From positions 96,534,001 to 96,598,000 of the forward strand of contig OX597816.1 of assembly GCA_951406725.2 (NCBI GenBank): a DNA stretch of 64,000 nucleotides, read 5' to 3'. The notes under the pieces are model-generated. The model was not told where the DNA came from, ran no database searches, and worked only from the letters and a program-made list of their open reading frames with translations. The stretch's first letter is position 1, and the number at the start of each line of letters is the position of its first letter. Shown here one piece after another: positions 27,249-41,029 of this stretch. The translations under genes were made by a program, and so were the position numbers. This DNA comes from Octopus vulgaris. Taxonomy: Eukaryota.

Positions 27249-27279
27249 TTACGAAAACTAATTACTCTACATATACTCA

Positions 27280-27454
27280 TTAGCATCGCCTCCTCCTTCT
27301 CCTTCTCCTCCTCCTTTTCTTCTTGCAGCGTCTACTTTTCCTCTTGTGTCTTCTTCTTTTTGCATCTTTCGGTGAAATAAATCGATACTTTTTGCAACCG
27401 CATTTGGCGCAGCGTGCTTTAATGGCGAATACGCCATTCCGTAACCTTACGAGT
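27280..27454 (-). CDS. Exon 2 of a Cys/Arg-rich zinc-ribbon (DUF5679-like) protamine-like protein
   Basis: Acceptor tttatgttttttcatatgtcattcgacAG|. Encodes (K)LVRLRNGVFAIKARCAKCGCKKYRFISPKDAKRRRHKRKSRRCKKKRRRRRRRRRRC*. Phase matches the donor at 55614. The Arg tail uses mixed codons, so it is not a microsatellite. Confidence 0.8.
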
Positions 27455-27540
27455 CTGTCGAATGACATATGAAAAAACATAAAATATATATATATGAATA
27501 CTATGGTTCGGCAAATTGACCTACTAAGTGAAGTCAACTA

Positions 27541-27571
<31 letters not shown>

Positions 27572-27731
27572 CATACATGCATACATACATACATACATAC
27601 ATACACGCACACACACACATATATATATATATAATATATATATATATAATAAATATATATATAATATATATATATAATATATATATAATATATATATATA
27701 ATATATATATAATAATATATATATATATAAT

Positions 27732-27843
<112 letters not shown>

Positions 27844-28064
27844 TATATATAATATACATTATAATTTATAATGGTTATATAAATTATAATGGTTATCGGC
27901 ATTCTTTTGTTTCGGCATATTTGGCATTAGAATTTTTCTTCTGCCCTTATCTTGTAAATTATGTATAAATTTTACCTTTAAAGGCGTTTTTTGATATGCT
28001 GGCCATTGATAAAATTTTTTCCCGAAAAAAAAAGTTATCCTATATTAATTATATATATAATATA

Positions 28065-28139
<75 letters not shown>

Positions 28140-28397
28140 CATACATATACATATATATATATAATATATAATATATTTTATATATATATATATTTATATA
28201 TATATAATATATATATAATGTATAAAATATTATATATTATATTTATAATAATGTTTAAAGTGTGTTACTGTGTTTATGAGTTTTAAGCTTCAATTAGCCG
28301 TTTTGAAACTGAAAAATGGTAGTTTTACTGGTTGCTTAAATAGCAAAAAATTTAGATAGCATAGATATATATGAAAAAAAACAAAAAAACATTGTAC

Positions 28398-28459
<62 letters not shown>

Positions 28460-28585
28460 TAATGAGAAGAAGAAGAAGAAGAAGAAGAAGAAGAAGAAGA
28501 AGAAGAAGAAGAAGAAGAAGGAGGAGGAGGAGGAGGAGGAAGAAGCTGAAAAACGAAAGAAAGTTAAAAGTATAAATAAATAAGT

Positions 28586-28915
28586 ACAATCGACCCCAGG
28601 ACTTACTCTTTGTAAGCCTAGTACTTATACTATCGGTCTCTTTTGCCGAAGCGCCTAGTTACGGGGACGTAAACACACCATCATCGATTGTCAATCGATG
28701 GTGGGGGGACTTACAGAGACATACAAACACTCACACACACACACACACACATATACGACCGGCTTATTTCAAGTTCCGTCTTTCAAGTCCACCCACAATG
28801 CTTTAGTCGGTCCGAGGCTATAACAGAAGACGCTTGCCCAAGGTACCACGCAGTGGGACTCAACCCGGAGCCATGTGGTTGGTAAGCAAGCTACATACCA
28901 CACAGCCACCCCTGC
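28586..28915 (-). mobile_element. tRNA-derived SINE (18542 family)
   Basis: Reverse-complement homology to 18542-18940. Confidence 0.8.
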
Positions 28916-29253
28916 ATATATATTCTGTGTGTGTATGTGTGTATGTATATATATGTGTGTATATATATAAATGTGTGAGTGTATGTGTGTGTATATATCT
29001 ATATACGTGTGTATGTGTGTATATGTATATATGTACATATATGTGTACTTGTGTTTATACATATCTGTGTGTGTATGTACATACACACACGCGGCCTTCG
29101 GGCTAAAATATTTTAAAGGATTTTAAGGATTTATATAGATTCAAATGAATATGTTACTTAAGTTAGATGCACCAGAATTTTGTATGGTGTTATCCATATA
29201 AATCCATGGGGTGATTATAATCAAAATAAGCAACAATAATAACTTCGGTAATT

Positions 29254-29337
29254 TGGTACGATCGTTTCACGCTACATCATTTTATTAAATGTTGTAAGTA
29301 TTACAACAGTTTTAAAATGCTGAGCAATCATCAGCCA
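29254..29337 (-). ncRNA. Type I hammerhead ribozyme with long stem II
   Basis: UGG-CUGAUGA-u ugcu..cauuuu..UGUUGUAA uac UUACAACA..aaaaug..agcg u-GAAAC GAUC GUA-CCA. Intact core and palindromic stem III ACGAUCGU. Confidence 0.8.
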
Positions 29338-29389
29338 TTTATAGAGGTTTTCCATTAATACATAATTTTCATATCAAATGCTTCATTTG

Positions 29390-30045
29390 GCTGTCTCAAC
29401 ACGTATAGGCGGCCGGTGGTCAGAAATAACGTAAAGGATGACTCATCCGAGAAAATAACATTCTTCTATTGCTCTAGGAACCAATTCTGTAGGTTTTTAC
29501 TCCACACTAAATGCATTGCAACATTTGTTTTTGAAAGTACTGGTTTTCTGATTTGCAGCCCTCCCGTGAAATCCGGCTTTGTGCAGCTCCCGGCGAACAG
29601 TTTTTGTAGAAACTGGTTTCTGGAGGTGGTCCTTAAGCTCTGCAGAAATTTGGGGAGCTGTACTTTTGTGATCCTTTCTAACAATTCGCCCAAGAGTCCG
29701 ACGGTCCCTATCTGAAAGTTTTGGTTTTCTTCTGGAGTTTTGTTTCGACGACGAGGTTTTTCCCTCTTTCTCAAAGGCCGTCATTACTTACTTGATAATG
29801 CCTAACATTTCAACTGTTTTCATTACGCTCGTACCTGCCATATGAGTACCACCAATTTGACCTCATTGAATGTCTCCAATAGACCTGTCATTTTAATGAA
29901 TTTTAATTACTTTTTGCTGATATCTGAAAAGAAACAGCAATTTTAGCAAAACATATTAAGCAACACTAATAATAAATCAAAAAACAAAAATAAACTAGCT
30001 TTTGACGGTTTTATAGATATTTCGAAATTATGACGCTATGATGCC
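29390..30045 (-). mobile_element. Decayed Tc1-like transposon
   Basis: RKPKLSDRDRRTLGRIVRKDHKSTA...VSTKTVRRELHKAGFHGRAA and VIFSDESSF (first Asp of the DDE triad). Confidence 0.88.
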
Positions 30046-30414
30046 TATATATGTATGTATGTATGCATGTATTATGTATGTATGTATGTATGCATGCATG
30101 TATGCATGTATGTATGTATGTATGCAACATTCCGTCTCCACTGTGGCATATCATTTTGAAGCTGAACGATAGAGAAAAGAAGGGAAATGACTAAAAAGGA
30201 AATGGAGGCTGCATCAACCAAACCCTCTACAACCGATCCCTTGTGAACTTTGCAACAGACGCTGTGATGCAAGAATCGGCCTCATTAGTTATCAGAGGCA
30301 TAAGATAAGCATGGACAGAGATGAAGAAGCAGTCAAGAAGGAGTTAAATATGTTATCAGAGACACGATAAAACGCAGATGACGACATATATATAGTTTTT
30401 CTTCTATCATTTTA

Positions 30415-30615
30415 TATCTTACATTATAAAAGGGAAGCTGATCTCCCTCTGCCTGTCCGTAACATCTTTTTTAAGGAGAAATTTTTGGAGGTACAGGGAG
30501 TGATACGTGGAGGAAAAAGGCAGATATAACCCCTACTGGCCGTGCCGTACGAGGCACATCATACATAGTTTCAGTAATAATGGCCATACCGTTGCTACGC
30601 ACGGTCAACCAGAGT
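30415..30615 (+). mobile_element. Short Helitron-like remnant
   Basis: A|TCTTACATTATAAAAG start and a subterminal hairpin ACCGT..ACGGT. The terminal CTAG is degenerate. Confidence 0.35.
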
Positions 30616-33079
30616 ATATATGACATAATTTTGCTCTTTTTGGGGGTGGGGGAATGTTGTTTATCCTGAAGTTATAGTACGAGATATTCTTCGCATATTC
30701 TGTAGAATATGAAGGAAAATAAATGTTATTGTTCAACAGTATTCGAACTGTAACTAATGTTCGCAAAGAAAGTCAGTCAACATCATTTGCACAATTTATG
30801 AAATTATGTGCATGATATAGAAATATTCTTATCAGAGTAATGGAAATCGCAAACTTGTATTTTGAAGATATGATTTTCTAATAAAGAAGGGCTATTAATA
30901 GCAACATCTTTCCAATGTACACTTCCAATATATTTTGTCATATATTACAACCAGGTACTTTTTTTAGATACTGACGACTGGTATAGACACCGGTAAAATA
31001 ATGTATATATAATCTGATGTCAATACGTACAAGTTTGAAACAATGGGAGAGTAAGTTATTTTTTATTTTCCATAGTCATGAAACTGTATGCTAACTTTAT
31101 GAAGATATGATTTTTAAATGAGGAACTTAAATGATCTGTTTAGATGTTAGATCTCTCAAACACAATATTCATTTGACCTCATTCCAGTACATAAAAAGAA
31201 TTGCTTGATATGCCTATACAAACTGGAGGAAGCTTGCCAGAAATTTAACTTGGAAAGTGATGCACATTTTATTTAAAAGCAGCTTTTAGAGTGGTCGCTG
31301 TCACACACTCTCCAAGCAGAATTAAAAGGATCGACTTTGCTATTTTTTCCTATGTCTATTCCCTACCCAGTCTTCATAGTCCTCAGCAACTTTAGCATTA
31401 ATACTTGAGCAGTGTGATAGAAGTATACCGCAATCTATCAGGCACTACAAATGCAACTCTTAATCGAGAGACTCTTTTGGCAACAAGCTTTGATATTCAA
31501 CGAAGGATGACGCCGGATCAAGCAAGTTTGATGAACCTGAATATAGTAAAAAGTTTGTTTGCTCAAGCAGTAGCTTTTACAGTGCCCTTATCTTGAATCT
31601 CTGCAGCGTTGCCCACAGATATCAAGACTGCTCATTCTGTTTTAAGTTGCGCACAATGACAGTCCAGTCTACAATATTGGCAAACAATCTAAAGAAGACA
31701 TCCTAAAGATAGCCAAGCAGAAAGTTTGGGCTGAGTGCACAACGTCTCACTGACATGTTTCAAAGAATATTTTCATGTAGTGCTTTTTAAAATCTTATTT
31801 GCACATATTTTTATTGCAATTCGGATGAATCTGCGAAGTATAATTTGTCATGCTTTCTTTGACGTGTGATGCTTTTGAGACAAATTCTATTCATTAGTTT
31901 AAAATTGCGAATTAGTAAATTATATATTTATATATTTCCCTTCAATTCTGCGTTGATTATGTAACACTAAAAGAACCTAGAGGTTTTCGTGACAGATGTA
32001 TTGTATTCAGTAAGACTTTCTGGAGTGGACATTTCTTGCGCTGCAATTTTCATCTAAAAACAGATATCTTCTCGCTCAATTCATGAGCAAAAGAATCACA
32101 TGTTAGTAACTTGGATTTGTTGGTTCCAGCTACAACAACTCAGGGTGACTGTCACCAGGACTTGTTGATAATTCAAGGGAAAACACAGTTTCACCGGAAA
32201 CTGAAGGCACTTGACCTACAATGGCGTATTAGAAAAATGCGCAGAATGAAATCGCCCATCTTGATACAACTTGTCTTAACAATGACCTCGATCATACAAG
32301 ATGTAAAAAATTCTGATTTTTGGTGTATTTAAGTTTTGTCGTAACATAATGGGGACCTCTTTCATTTATAGTCAGCGAGGCGTGGAAGTAGCGGAATGAA
32401 GAGAATTGTGGAATCTGTTAAACAGTAGCATTGATGACGTCAGCTATGGAGCAAACTGGTTTACATCATTTAGGTAAGGGTGGTACCTGTTGAATACTGG
32501 TGGCAATAATACCCTGTGCGATGTAATCTTAGGAAGAATGATACGTTCAGGAAGTGTTATTTTGGAGATGAATATTGAACAACTGAAGTAAAACTGGAAA
32601 AAACTGGTCAGCTCAAGCATGGCGCACTCGTGTTAGTAGAGCGATGAAATTTTCCTATCGTTTGCCAAATTCATTTGATTTTAAGTGGAATTTATCCGTG
32701 GTCTTGCTATCGGATTAGTTCTTGAAAAAGTATGGTTTCCAGTGCATACACTGGATTACATTTTACACTTACTTATTAATGTCATTTCGATGTTTAGATC
32801 TGCCGTCGCTGGGATATAAAGTGACCAATGGTAATAAAGATCTCTCCGTGAGAAAGCCTTATTTTTCTTCACTTCATTTCCGAATGCCCGAGAATCCAAT
32901 GGTTTCTATTTAATGCCTACGAAAGGTAACTATTTCTATATGCATTTATGCATTGTGTGTGTGCGTATGTATGTATGTATGTATGTATGTATGTATGTAT
33001 GTATGTATGTATGTATGTATGCATGCATGCATGTATGTATGTGTGTATGTAAGTATGGATACATTCATACAACACGGAA

Positions 33080-33131
33080 TTTTGTCAGTGAACAGGTCGC
33101 GGTCTCAAAGCGACGAAAATATTTTGGCGAA
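33080..33131 (+). ncRNA. Hammerhead ribozyme variant with G3-C8 swap
   Basis: UUUUGUCA-GUGAACA-g-GUCGC ggucucaaa GCGAC-GAAA AUAU UU-UGGCGAA. Confidence 0.6.
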
Positions 33132-33587
33132 TTAAATTTAAATATTGAAATGAATTTAACGGTTTTTGTGCGTTTTTAAATGGTTTATAAGCACATTCCA
33201 CGCTGCAATTATTTTTGTTTCAGCACCCGATCTCAAATTCAGATCACCTGCTATGCAAGTACATCTCCGTATATATGTATGAATTTTTTCTTCGGTGAAG
33301 CACAGCGCATAACGCTATAAAGAATAGAGTGTAAAAAGGGTTTTCCAAGTCAATATTTCCTTGCTAGTTTTCATAACTGTATGTGCCTAGGGAATGTGCC
33401 TTAAGAACCATTATTTAACGAAAGTATTATTCCGTGGTCTCCCGAAAATTAATGATATTCTTTTGGTCTCATATTTATATACATATATACATATACATAT
33501 ATTCAAATATACATATATACATGTATATTATGTATGTTTGTGTGTGTGTGTGTGTATTTGTGTGTTATGTATGCATATTATACTTAT

Positions 33588-33634
<47 letters not shown>

Positions 33635-33792
33635 CACATATATTATACACACATGTTTAGTGAAAAGAGGCTTGTTCAAAAGAAAAATACATAATCACCA
33701 AATTAGTACACCGGTTGGTCGAGTTTTTAAAACCCCAACCTGTTGATTAGGATAAAGTAATGAAGCTCTACCTACAAGCGTTGGTGGGAGGC

Positions 33793-33872
<80 letters not shown>

Positions 33873-34034
33873 TATATGTATGTATGTATGTATATCAGTG
33901 TGTGTCTTTGATTCTGTGTTTGTCTCGCACTACCACTTGACAACCGGTTTTGATGCGTTTACGTACCTCCAATCCAGCGGTTCGACAAAATAGATCATAA
34001 GAATAAGTAGAAAAGTAGTGGGGTTGATTCAATA

Positions 34035-34097
<63 letters not shown>

Positions 34098-34290
34098 GTA
34101 GGTCCCGGGGAGTCGGGGTTAACCACAGTAAATAAGGTACTCAATACATAGAGAGTAAATTAATTTATTTTATAGAAGGAGCTTCTACAGGACTAGAACT
34201 ATTTCATTCAAAAGAAATCATCAGGAGCTCTTGATGATTTCTTTTGAGATGAAACAGAGTCCTGTAGAAGCTCCTTCTATAAAATAAATA
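34098..34290. mobile_element. Fold-back Penelope-like remnant with back-to-back hammerheads
   Basis: Centred on GAGCTC (34225-34230). Minus strand gagcuc-CUGAUGA-uuucuuuugaau-GAAAUAG uucuaguc CUGUA-gaagcuc. The plus arm is a mutated copy. Confidence 0.7.
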
Positions 34291-34421
<131 letters not shown>

Positions 34422-36307
34422 ATATACTTACATATACAGTACACATACATGCATAATACCAATACTTCACTGTATATCGTTACAAATATCTAAAAGCGTT
34501 TATATGTGAGTGTTTATGGTCGTATTGGTGTTTCGAATGGGCTGGCAACTGTGTTTTATGTAGATCTGTGCGGTTTTCTGTATCATTTTAGTATTGTTAG
34601 AGCGCTTTCTTGTCAGTGTGTGTGTCTATATGTATTCAAAAGTCATATTTGTGTGATTGTTTGTGACTTTTTGCATTTTGTTTATTTGTACAACTTTTAT
34701 GCTGTGTGCTGTGATGTGTGTATGCGTGTGTGCGTTGTGATGTGTGCGCGTGTGTGTGTGTTGTGATGTGATGTGTTTGTGCGTGAGTGTGTGCACGCGT
34801 GCGTGTGATTGTACGACTGTTCTGGAAATTTAACTATTCAAATGTTCCTTTGCCAATTATAAAGCACGCGATTAATATGCAATTTTTACCATCACTTTAT
34901 TCTGATGATGAAACCAACAATACTGAATTTCAAAATGGATTTTTCAAAGCAAAACAGAAGTAGTAATACGAAAATTTGTTCATTTACCCGTACTGACACA
35001 CTCACATTCACACGTACACAGACAAACTGACAAACTCATACACGCGCACGTGCACTCAAAAATACATGTACTCGAAAAAGTGAACAGGTATCTACTGCTA
35101 TGTATTTTGTTGTGTATTTACATGAATATATGATTATTTTTCACTAGTGTAATTATGATCAGAATTCTCTAAGCAGTATTATAGCCCAGTCACCCACCCC
35201 CCGCGCGTAAAGCAATACACAGGATCATATAGCATTTATTTATTAACAGTAATCCACATGACTACATTAGGACTGGGCCCCGAAACTCAAAGGGTAACCG
35301 GATTGCTGCTCTGTGTACCCATACATCAAGACGGCACACATTGTAGGCGGGCGGCACAGACACAGACAAAAGAAAGCTTAAGAAAAAATGGGGACACTGA
35401 AAGGCATAGTTGTGCTAAATGAAAGGAGTAAACAGGAGAAAAGGGGCAATGAGTAAGAGTTGGTGCGAGAGAAACAAACTCCCACATACTCCCCTAATAA
35501 TACAAACTAGTATATGTATACATACATGTATACATTATGTCATCGTTTATTGTGACATAAAGTGACATAATAGTAAATTTTGATAACCAGGTTGCTTCGA
35601 GTTTATCTGTTCGCAATCAAATACACACGCAAACTACGTGCACATGCACTCACACATTCATTAACGCTATGCACACATAGATATACAGATATAGACACAT
35701 CTTTCACAAAAGAACCAGAGTAACTATACGTCACAGATTTTTGTACATTCCTCGGCAGAAGCCATGAATATGAATAAATTCTAATGTGTGTGAATTGCTG
35801 TCCTTTCCGAAGATGCTAGCTCACCAACGATTTCATCAAATTATTCGATGGAGAAAATCTTCAACAATTAAAGGAATTTTCAACCCAATGAAATATAAAA
35901 ACGATCTATGTAAAATTTTCTTTAATAATTAAGTCATTTTGGATCTAAAGCTTTCAAGTATTTTTAATAATGAACTTGGATCTGTTCAATCTCAGTCACA
36001 GATTTTTTAATTATTTTTTTTTTTAACTAAACAGTTTGAAACTTCGGATACTGGTTGAATGTGCCACGTAGAACACCGCTTACTTTTGTATTTTAGAAGT
36101 TATTTCGTGTTAAATTTGTCGTATTTGGGTAATTTTAATCAGGCAAGGATGTATATTCAGCTGGAGAAAGTTACTGGTGTTGTTTTCGAACAACAACTTT
36201 CGGGTCCATTGACAAAACGATGAATCCACAACAGAAAAATTTTAACAAAACCCTTTTTTAATAACCAGAAATGTTTTTATAGCAACTTATATGAGAATGT
36301 GTCCATG

Positions 36308-36373
<66 letters not shown>

Positions 36374-37249
36374 GCTAGCTAGCTAGCTAGCTAGCTAGCT
36401 ATCTAGCTATCTATCTATCTATCTATACTCATACACACACATTAATAATAGGCAGAAGTTACAGAGTGACAATGGCCAAATTCGTGTTTGATAAGTGCCA
36501 ATACACGAGACTCTCAGCTTTTGACTTACTTTCTAGCTTCTGCCGATGATATACATACATTATATATAAGTGTAAAACAAATCTCATCACGCAATCGAAC
36601 CAATGAAAGAGCCTCTACCTGGTCGCTGGACACACTGAAAATAGCAGTCAAAGTACCCCCTACCTAAATCACACGCCGATTGTACGTAATGTCCTAGATC
36701 ATCCCTGAAAAGACGGTTTTCTGGGAGCTGGAATGTCTTTGATGATAGGTTTGCTGCATCAGGGTTGATCTGAGGCTAAATAAAAACAAAATTATTACTG
36801 AGACAGACTAACGATGGAGCTTGTATGTGGTTGCATGATCTGCTAGAAAAAGTAGCCATACATTAAAGATACATGAAGTGCTGTCACATTAAGTTTTGTA
36901 TTTTAGTGCTATACTGTACTATACAGAGTCTTCACGCAGAATTTGAATCCTGTGTTGGAATTTAATCAGTCATATTGAGACGAAACGATAGATGAGTTTC
37001 AATTCTGTTTTGATATCATTAGTGACTGACTAACCTAATTAACTCTCTCCAGCAACATCGCTCATTAAATCACAATTACTGAAGGGTTAAAAATAATCGA
37101 ATGAACTGATTTGCGTTTTAACGCATTCTTGGAACCTGGCTTGCGTAATAAATTGTGGTTTATTAATGGTGATTACTTCTATATTTCCAGAAGATGTGAA
37201 ACCAAAAATGCTTTGTAATATTTTAATTGGTATATTCTTTTATTCTTTT

Positions 37250-37787
37250 ATTTTTTTACTTGGTTCACTCATTTGACTGCGGCTCTGCTGGAACACCGCC
37301 TTGAAGGTTTTCTAGTCGACGAAGAAATCGACCCCAGGACTTATTATTTGTAAGCCTAGTACTTATTCTATCAGTCTATTTTGCTGAACCGCTAAGTTAC
37401 GAGGGGGCAAACACACCAACATCGGTTGTCAAGTGATGGCGGGCGGAGGAACAGACACAAAGACAAATACACATATCTATATATATATGTATGTATACAA
37501 ATTATTTAATTTTATAAATATGAATATACTTTGTATTAATTTTTACCTAAATTGTTTTTTATACGCTAGCTACTTGATAAAATCCTATATAGGTTTTATC
37601 CTTGATTATAATATATATATATATATACGACAGGCTTCTTTCAGTTTCCGTCTACCAAATCCACTCACAAGGCTTTGGATGGCCCGAAGCTATAGTAGAA
37701 GACACTTGCCCAGGGTGCCACAGTGTGGGACTGAATCAAGAACTATGTGGTTAAGAAGCAAGTTTCTTACCACACACCCACGCCTGT
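37250..37787 (-). mobile_element. tRNA-derived SINE (18542 family) with internal insertion
   Basis: Head at ~37630-37787 and tail at 37250-37470, separated by an AT-rich insert. Confidence 0.8.
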
Positions 37788-38527
37788 GGGGTAGGTTTAT
37801 GAACAGAGTTCATGTAGAGATTTAAGGAAGTTACTCGGTCGCTAATTAAATTCCAATATAGGATTCAAAGTAATCCAGATCAGTCTAATAGGATTCAATC
37901 GTGTTGAGATAACCAGAGACTGGGGCTCGCGCATATGTATGGGTGAGCGCATGCATAGGTGTATATGCCTGAGCGTGTGTGTTTTGAGTTTGTCTGTGCC
38001 ATCTGTGGAATCAAACGGCTTGTATCCCTTATGATACTGGTTACGTAATTAAAACAGTTCCTTTATTTTCCTAGTTTGCCTCTAGTCAGAGGATAAACTA
38101 GAAAAAGCAGTGCGGTCGACATAATCCGCTGACTTTTAAGTCCTAATCTGTTGATGAAAACCAATAAAGAAAAATAGTAAAATATAACTATGTATGCTTA
38201 GTCTGATAAAGGCCAAACGTAAAATCTTATTGCATTTACCACCTCGATTATTTGCATATATTAACAATAGCAACATAATAAATTTGAAACAATAAAACTG
38301 GCATTGCATGTCGATTACTTTATTCATCGAAAAATATTTCAACATGGATTCATTAAATCGTCCTCCACTTCCTTGCAAACTTCGGTGAAACAAATTTATA
38401 TTTTAACGACGTGCACATAGAGCAGCCTCCTTTCAGTGCGCAAACCCCATTCTGTAACCTCACAACTCTGTCAATAGATGTTATAATAAACATAAGATAG
38501 AAATACGAGAATAATTTTATCTATACA

Positions 38528-39514
38528 TGAGGTAGGTGCAAAAATAATTGCGGTTATTTATGCTTATATTTGTATACATTTTTATGTAGCTATAGTTACG
38601 TACAATCCCACTGGAAAACCTATATTTGGCGCCATTGGTTTACGTTTACAGATTTTTGTTACAATTTAGTCACGTGTATTTCAGACTAAGAATTTTTTTC
38701 AAATATAACAGGTAAATTAAATTAGTTTACTCTATGAATTCAAAGCCGAAAAAGAGAGAAAACTGTTTGCATTTTAACTAAGATGTCAATTAATCAAATA
38801 TTTAACATTTGTTCCATATATTTTGAGAGAAGACGAAAGCTTTGAAAACAAAGAAGACTGTAGATAGCATCTATGACGAGCAAACCCCAAATAAGGGCCA
38901 TTATTTGAGTGAATCCACGTAAAATATATCGAGACAGAGAAGACATACGTTGACTGTAACCCAATTATTCTGCAGCATATGCAAGATAATGGAAAATATG
39001 AATAACTCCATAAATATACCGAATGAAAATATAAAGATCCCAGTTACAATGTCTACACTGTGTAAGGAAAATTAGTACTTTCTTTATCGCATTGCGACAC
39101 TTGGCGAGAAATTGATTATACGCAAACCCCTCTGCAGTGGGGCTGGTTTGAGACCGCCCTAACAAAACACTCTCACAAACCGAATCTGCGTGGTACCTGG
39201 CAAGTAGAATCACCCACTACTACTTCTAGAAATTTTGCGAAACCATCACCGAGAATTACTGCTATGAGACCGATATAATGCACAAAGAATAGTAATGTTT
39301 ACGACCAGCACTTGTTCTCTGTGATAAAGTATGAGAGCGAATGAGCGTTCAGAAGCTGAGCGTAGTGAAATACAAAATTAACTTCTCCAGGTTACCCCGA
39401 TCATCCACAATTATAGATTTGCTCGGCAATTTTTTTTTTTTTACTTCTGAGCTGGCATCACTTATTACTTTAATTATTGGTGATTATAAACCGCAATTAT
39501 CTTTGTGCCAACCA
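38528..39514 (+). mobile_element. Highly decayed mariner with Hsmar1/MADE1-like TIRs
   Basis: Left tgaggtaggtgcaaaaataattgcggtta. Right taaaccgcaattatctttgtgccaacca. Internal remnants homologous to 43810-44951. Confidence 0.7.
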
Positions 39515-39584
39515 TATATATAACACGACACGCGCGCGCCCACACGTACATACATATATACATACATACATATGTGTACATATA

Positions 39585-39630
<46 letters not shown>

Positions 39631-40271
39631 TACATAAAGAGAGAGAAAGAGATACAGACAGAGACAGAGAGAGCTACAAGTGCAATTTAAAATAAAGCTA
39701 ATTCGTATCGCAGAACGGTTCCCCGCTCTCACTTTTCGAGACGATTATGTTTTTACCCTCATAAATTACAGGCTTATGTAACTAAATATATTTATTCAGA
39801 ACGAATTTTATAGATATCTGAATACCATGTCACTTGATAAATGTTTACAACGTTGTATACTTATACTTCGTTTCAATCAAATATTATTATTATATATATT
39901 GTATCGGAATAAGGATAGTTTTAAAATTTGCTTAATCTTTTGACTTTCTGCAGTTTTTCTTCTTTTCATTCTTACTTTCAATGAAATATTCTGGAGTCCA
40001 TAACTTATATTTATCAATTAAAGATTTCATTACTTCGAATACTACTACTAAAGCATAAATAAAGCTTGCATGGTCCTGATGTTATTCCCTCCACAAGATG
40101 AACCGGTGTCTAAAACTATTTAACTCAAAATCTGATAATCACTTCGAAGTTACTTTCAAACAGGCCCATAGGCTGGAGAGTTACCGCTTGAGTGATGCAA
40201 AGGCGTCATCCACCAGGATTAGTAGGGAATCACAGTGGATGCTGCTGCTACTACTACTATTGCTACTACTG

Positions 40272-40323
<52 letters not shown>

Positions 40324-40353
40324 ACAAAAATGTCAGATACGTACACACATTTG

Positions 40354-40398
<45 letters not shown>

Positions 40399-40577
40399 GT
40401 ATGTATATATATACACACATATATATATACATACATACATATACACACACAAACACGTGCATACACACATACATACACACTCATATGTATATATCCATAT
40501 ATTTATACATAAGAATAAAGTCATTATTTCATGATTTATCGCGGCCAGCATACTAATAATACCATCATGGTTAATTT

Positions 40578-41016
40578 ATATTAAAATTAAACTAAGGGCG
40601 ATGAATTCCTCTGTATGTCTGCTAGAAATAGATGCCAAAAGGTCTATAAACTACTTAAATTATTACTCGAATACCACAAGGTTTTAAGCGAGGAAAATGG
40701 GCAGAGAAGATTTATAAAATAATTTGGATAGTATCAGATCTTAAGATTTCACGGTTTGCAATATTAAAATCACTTTCCGCCCATCAGTGGCACAAACCAG
40801 TCATACCTTTTACGACTGGTATGTGCCACTGATGAGTGGAAAGTGATTTTAGTATCGCAAACCGTGAAATTTTAATATATGGTACTATCCAAATTTTCCT
40901 CGCATACAACATCGTGGTATTCTAGTAATAATTTAAATGATTTATAGACCGTTTGGCGTCTACTTCTATCAGACAGACGATGGAATTATTCATCGTCTTT
41001 ATTATAATTTTATGTA
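40578..41016. mobile_element. Fold-back element with a hammerhead on each arm
   Basis: Diverged ~210-bp inverted arms around 40808. Hammerheads at 40731-40793 (-) and 40823-40885 (+). Confidence 0.78.
40823..40885 (+). ncRNA. Type I hammerhead ribozyme
   Basis: GUGCCA-CUGAUGA-GUGG...CCGU-GAAA-uuuuaaua-UA-UGGUAC. The opposite arm preserves palindromic stem III AUCUUAAGAU-C. Confidence 0.7.
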
Positions 41017-41029
41017 TATATATACATAA

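Noticed and set aside
28371-28583. Poly-I/K/E ORF near the protamine-like exon
   Set aside because: Pure (ATA)n(AAG)n(GAG)n microsatellite, unlike the mixed-codon Arg tail at 27280-27360.
30900-31950. Possible host exons or hAT transposase remnant
   Set aside because: Only faint motif similarity with many stops. Too degraded to call.
33640-33720. Possible Penelope GIY-YIG fragment (LFKRKIHNHQIS)
   Set aside because: Too short to support. No autonomous Penelope ORF is visible in the window.
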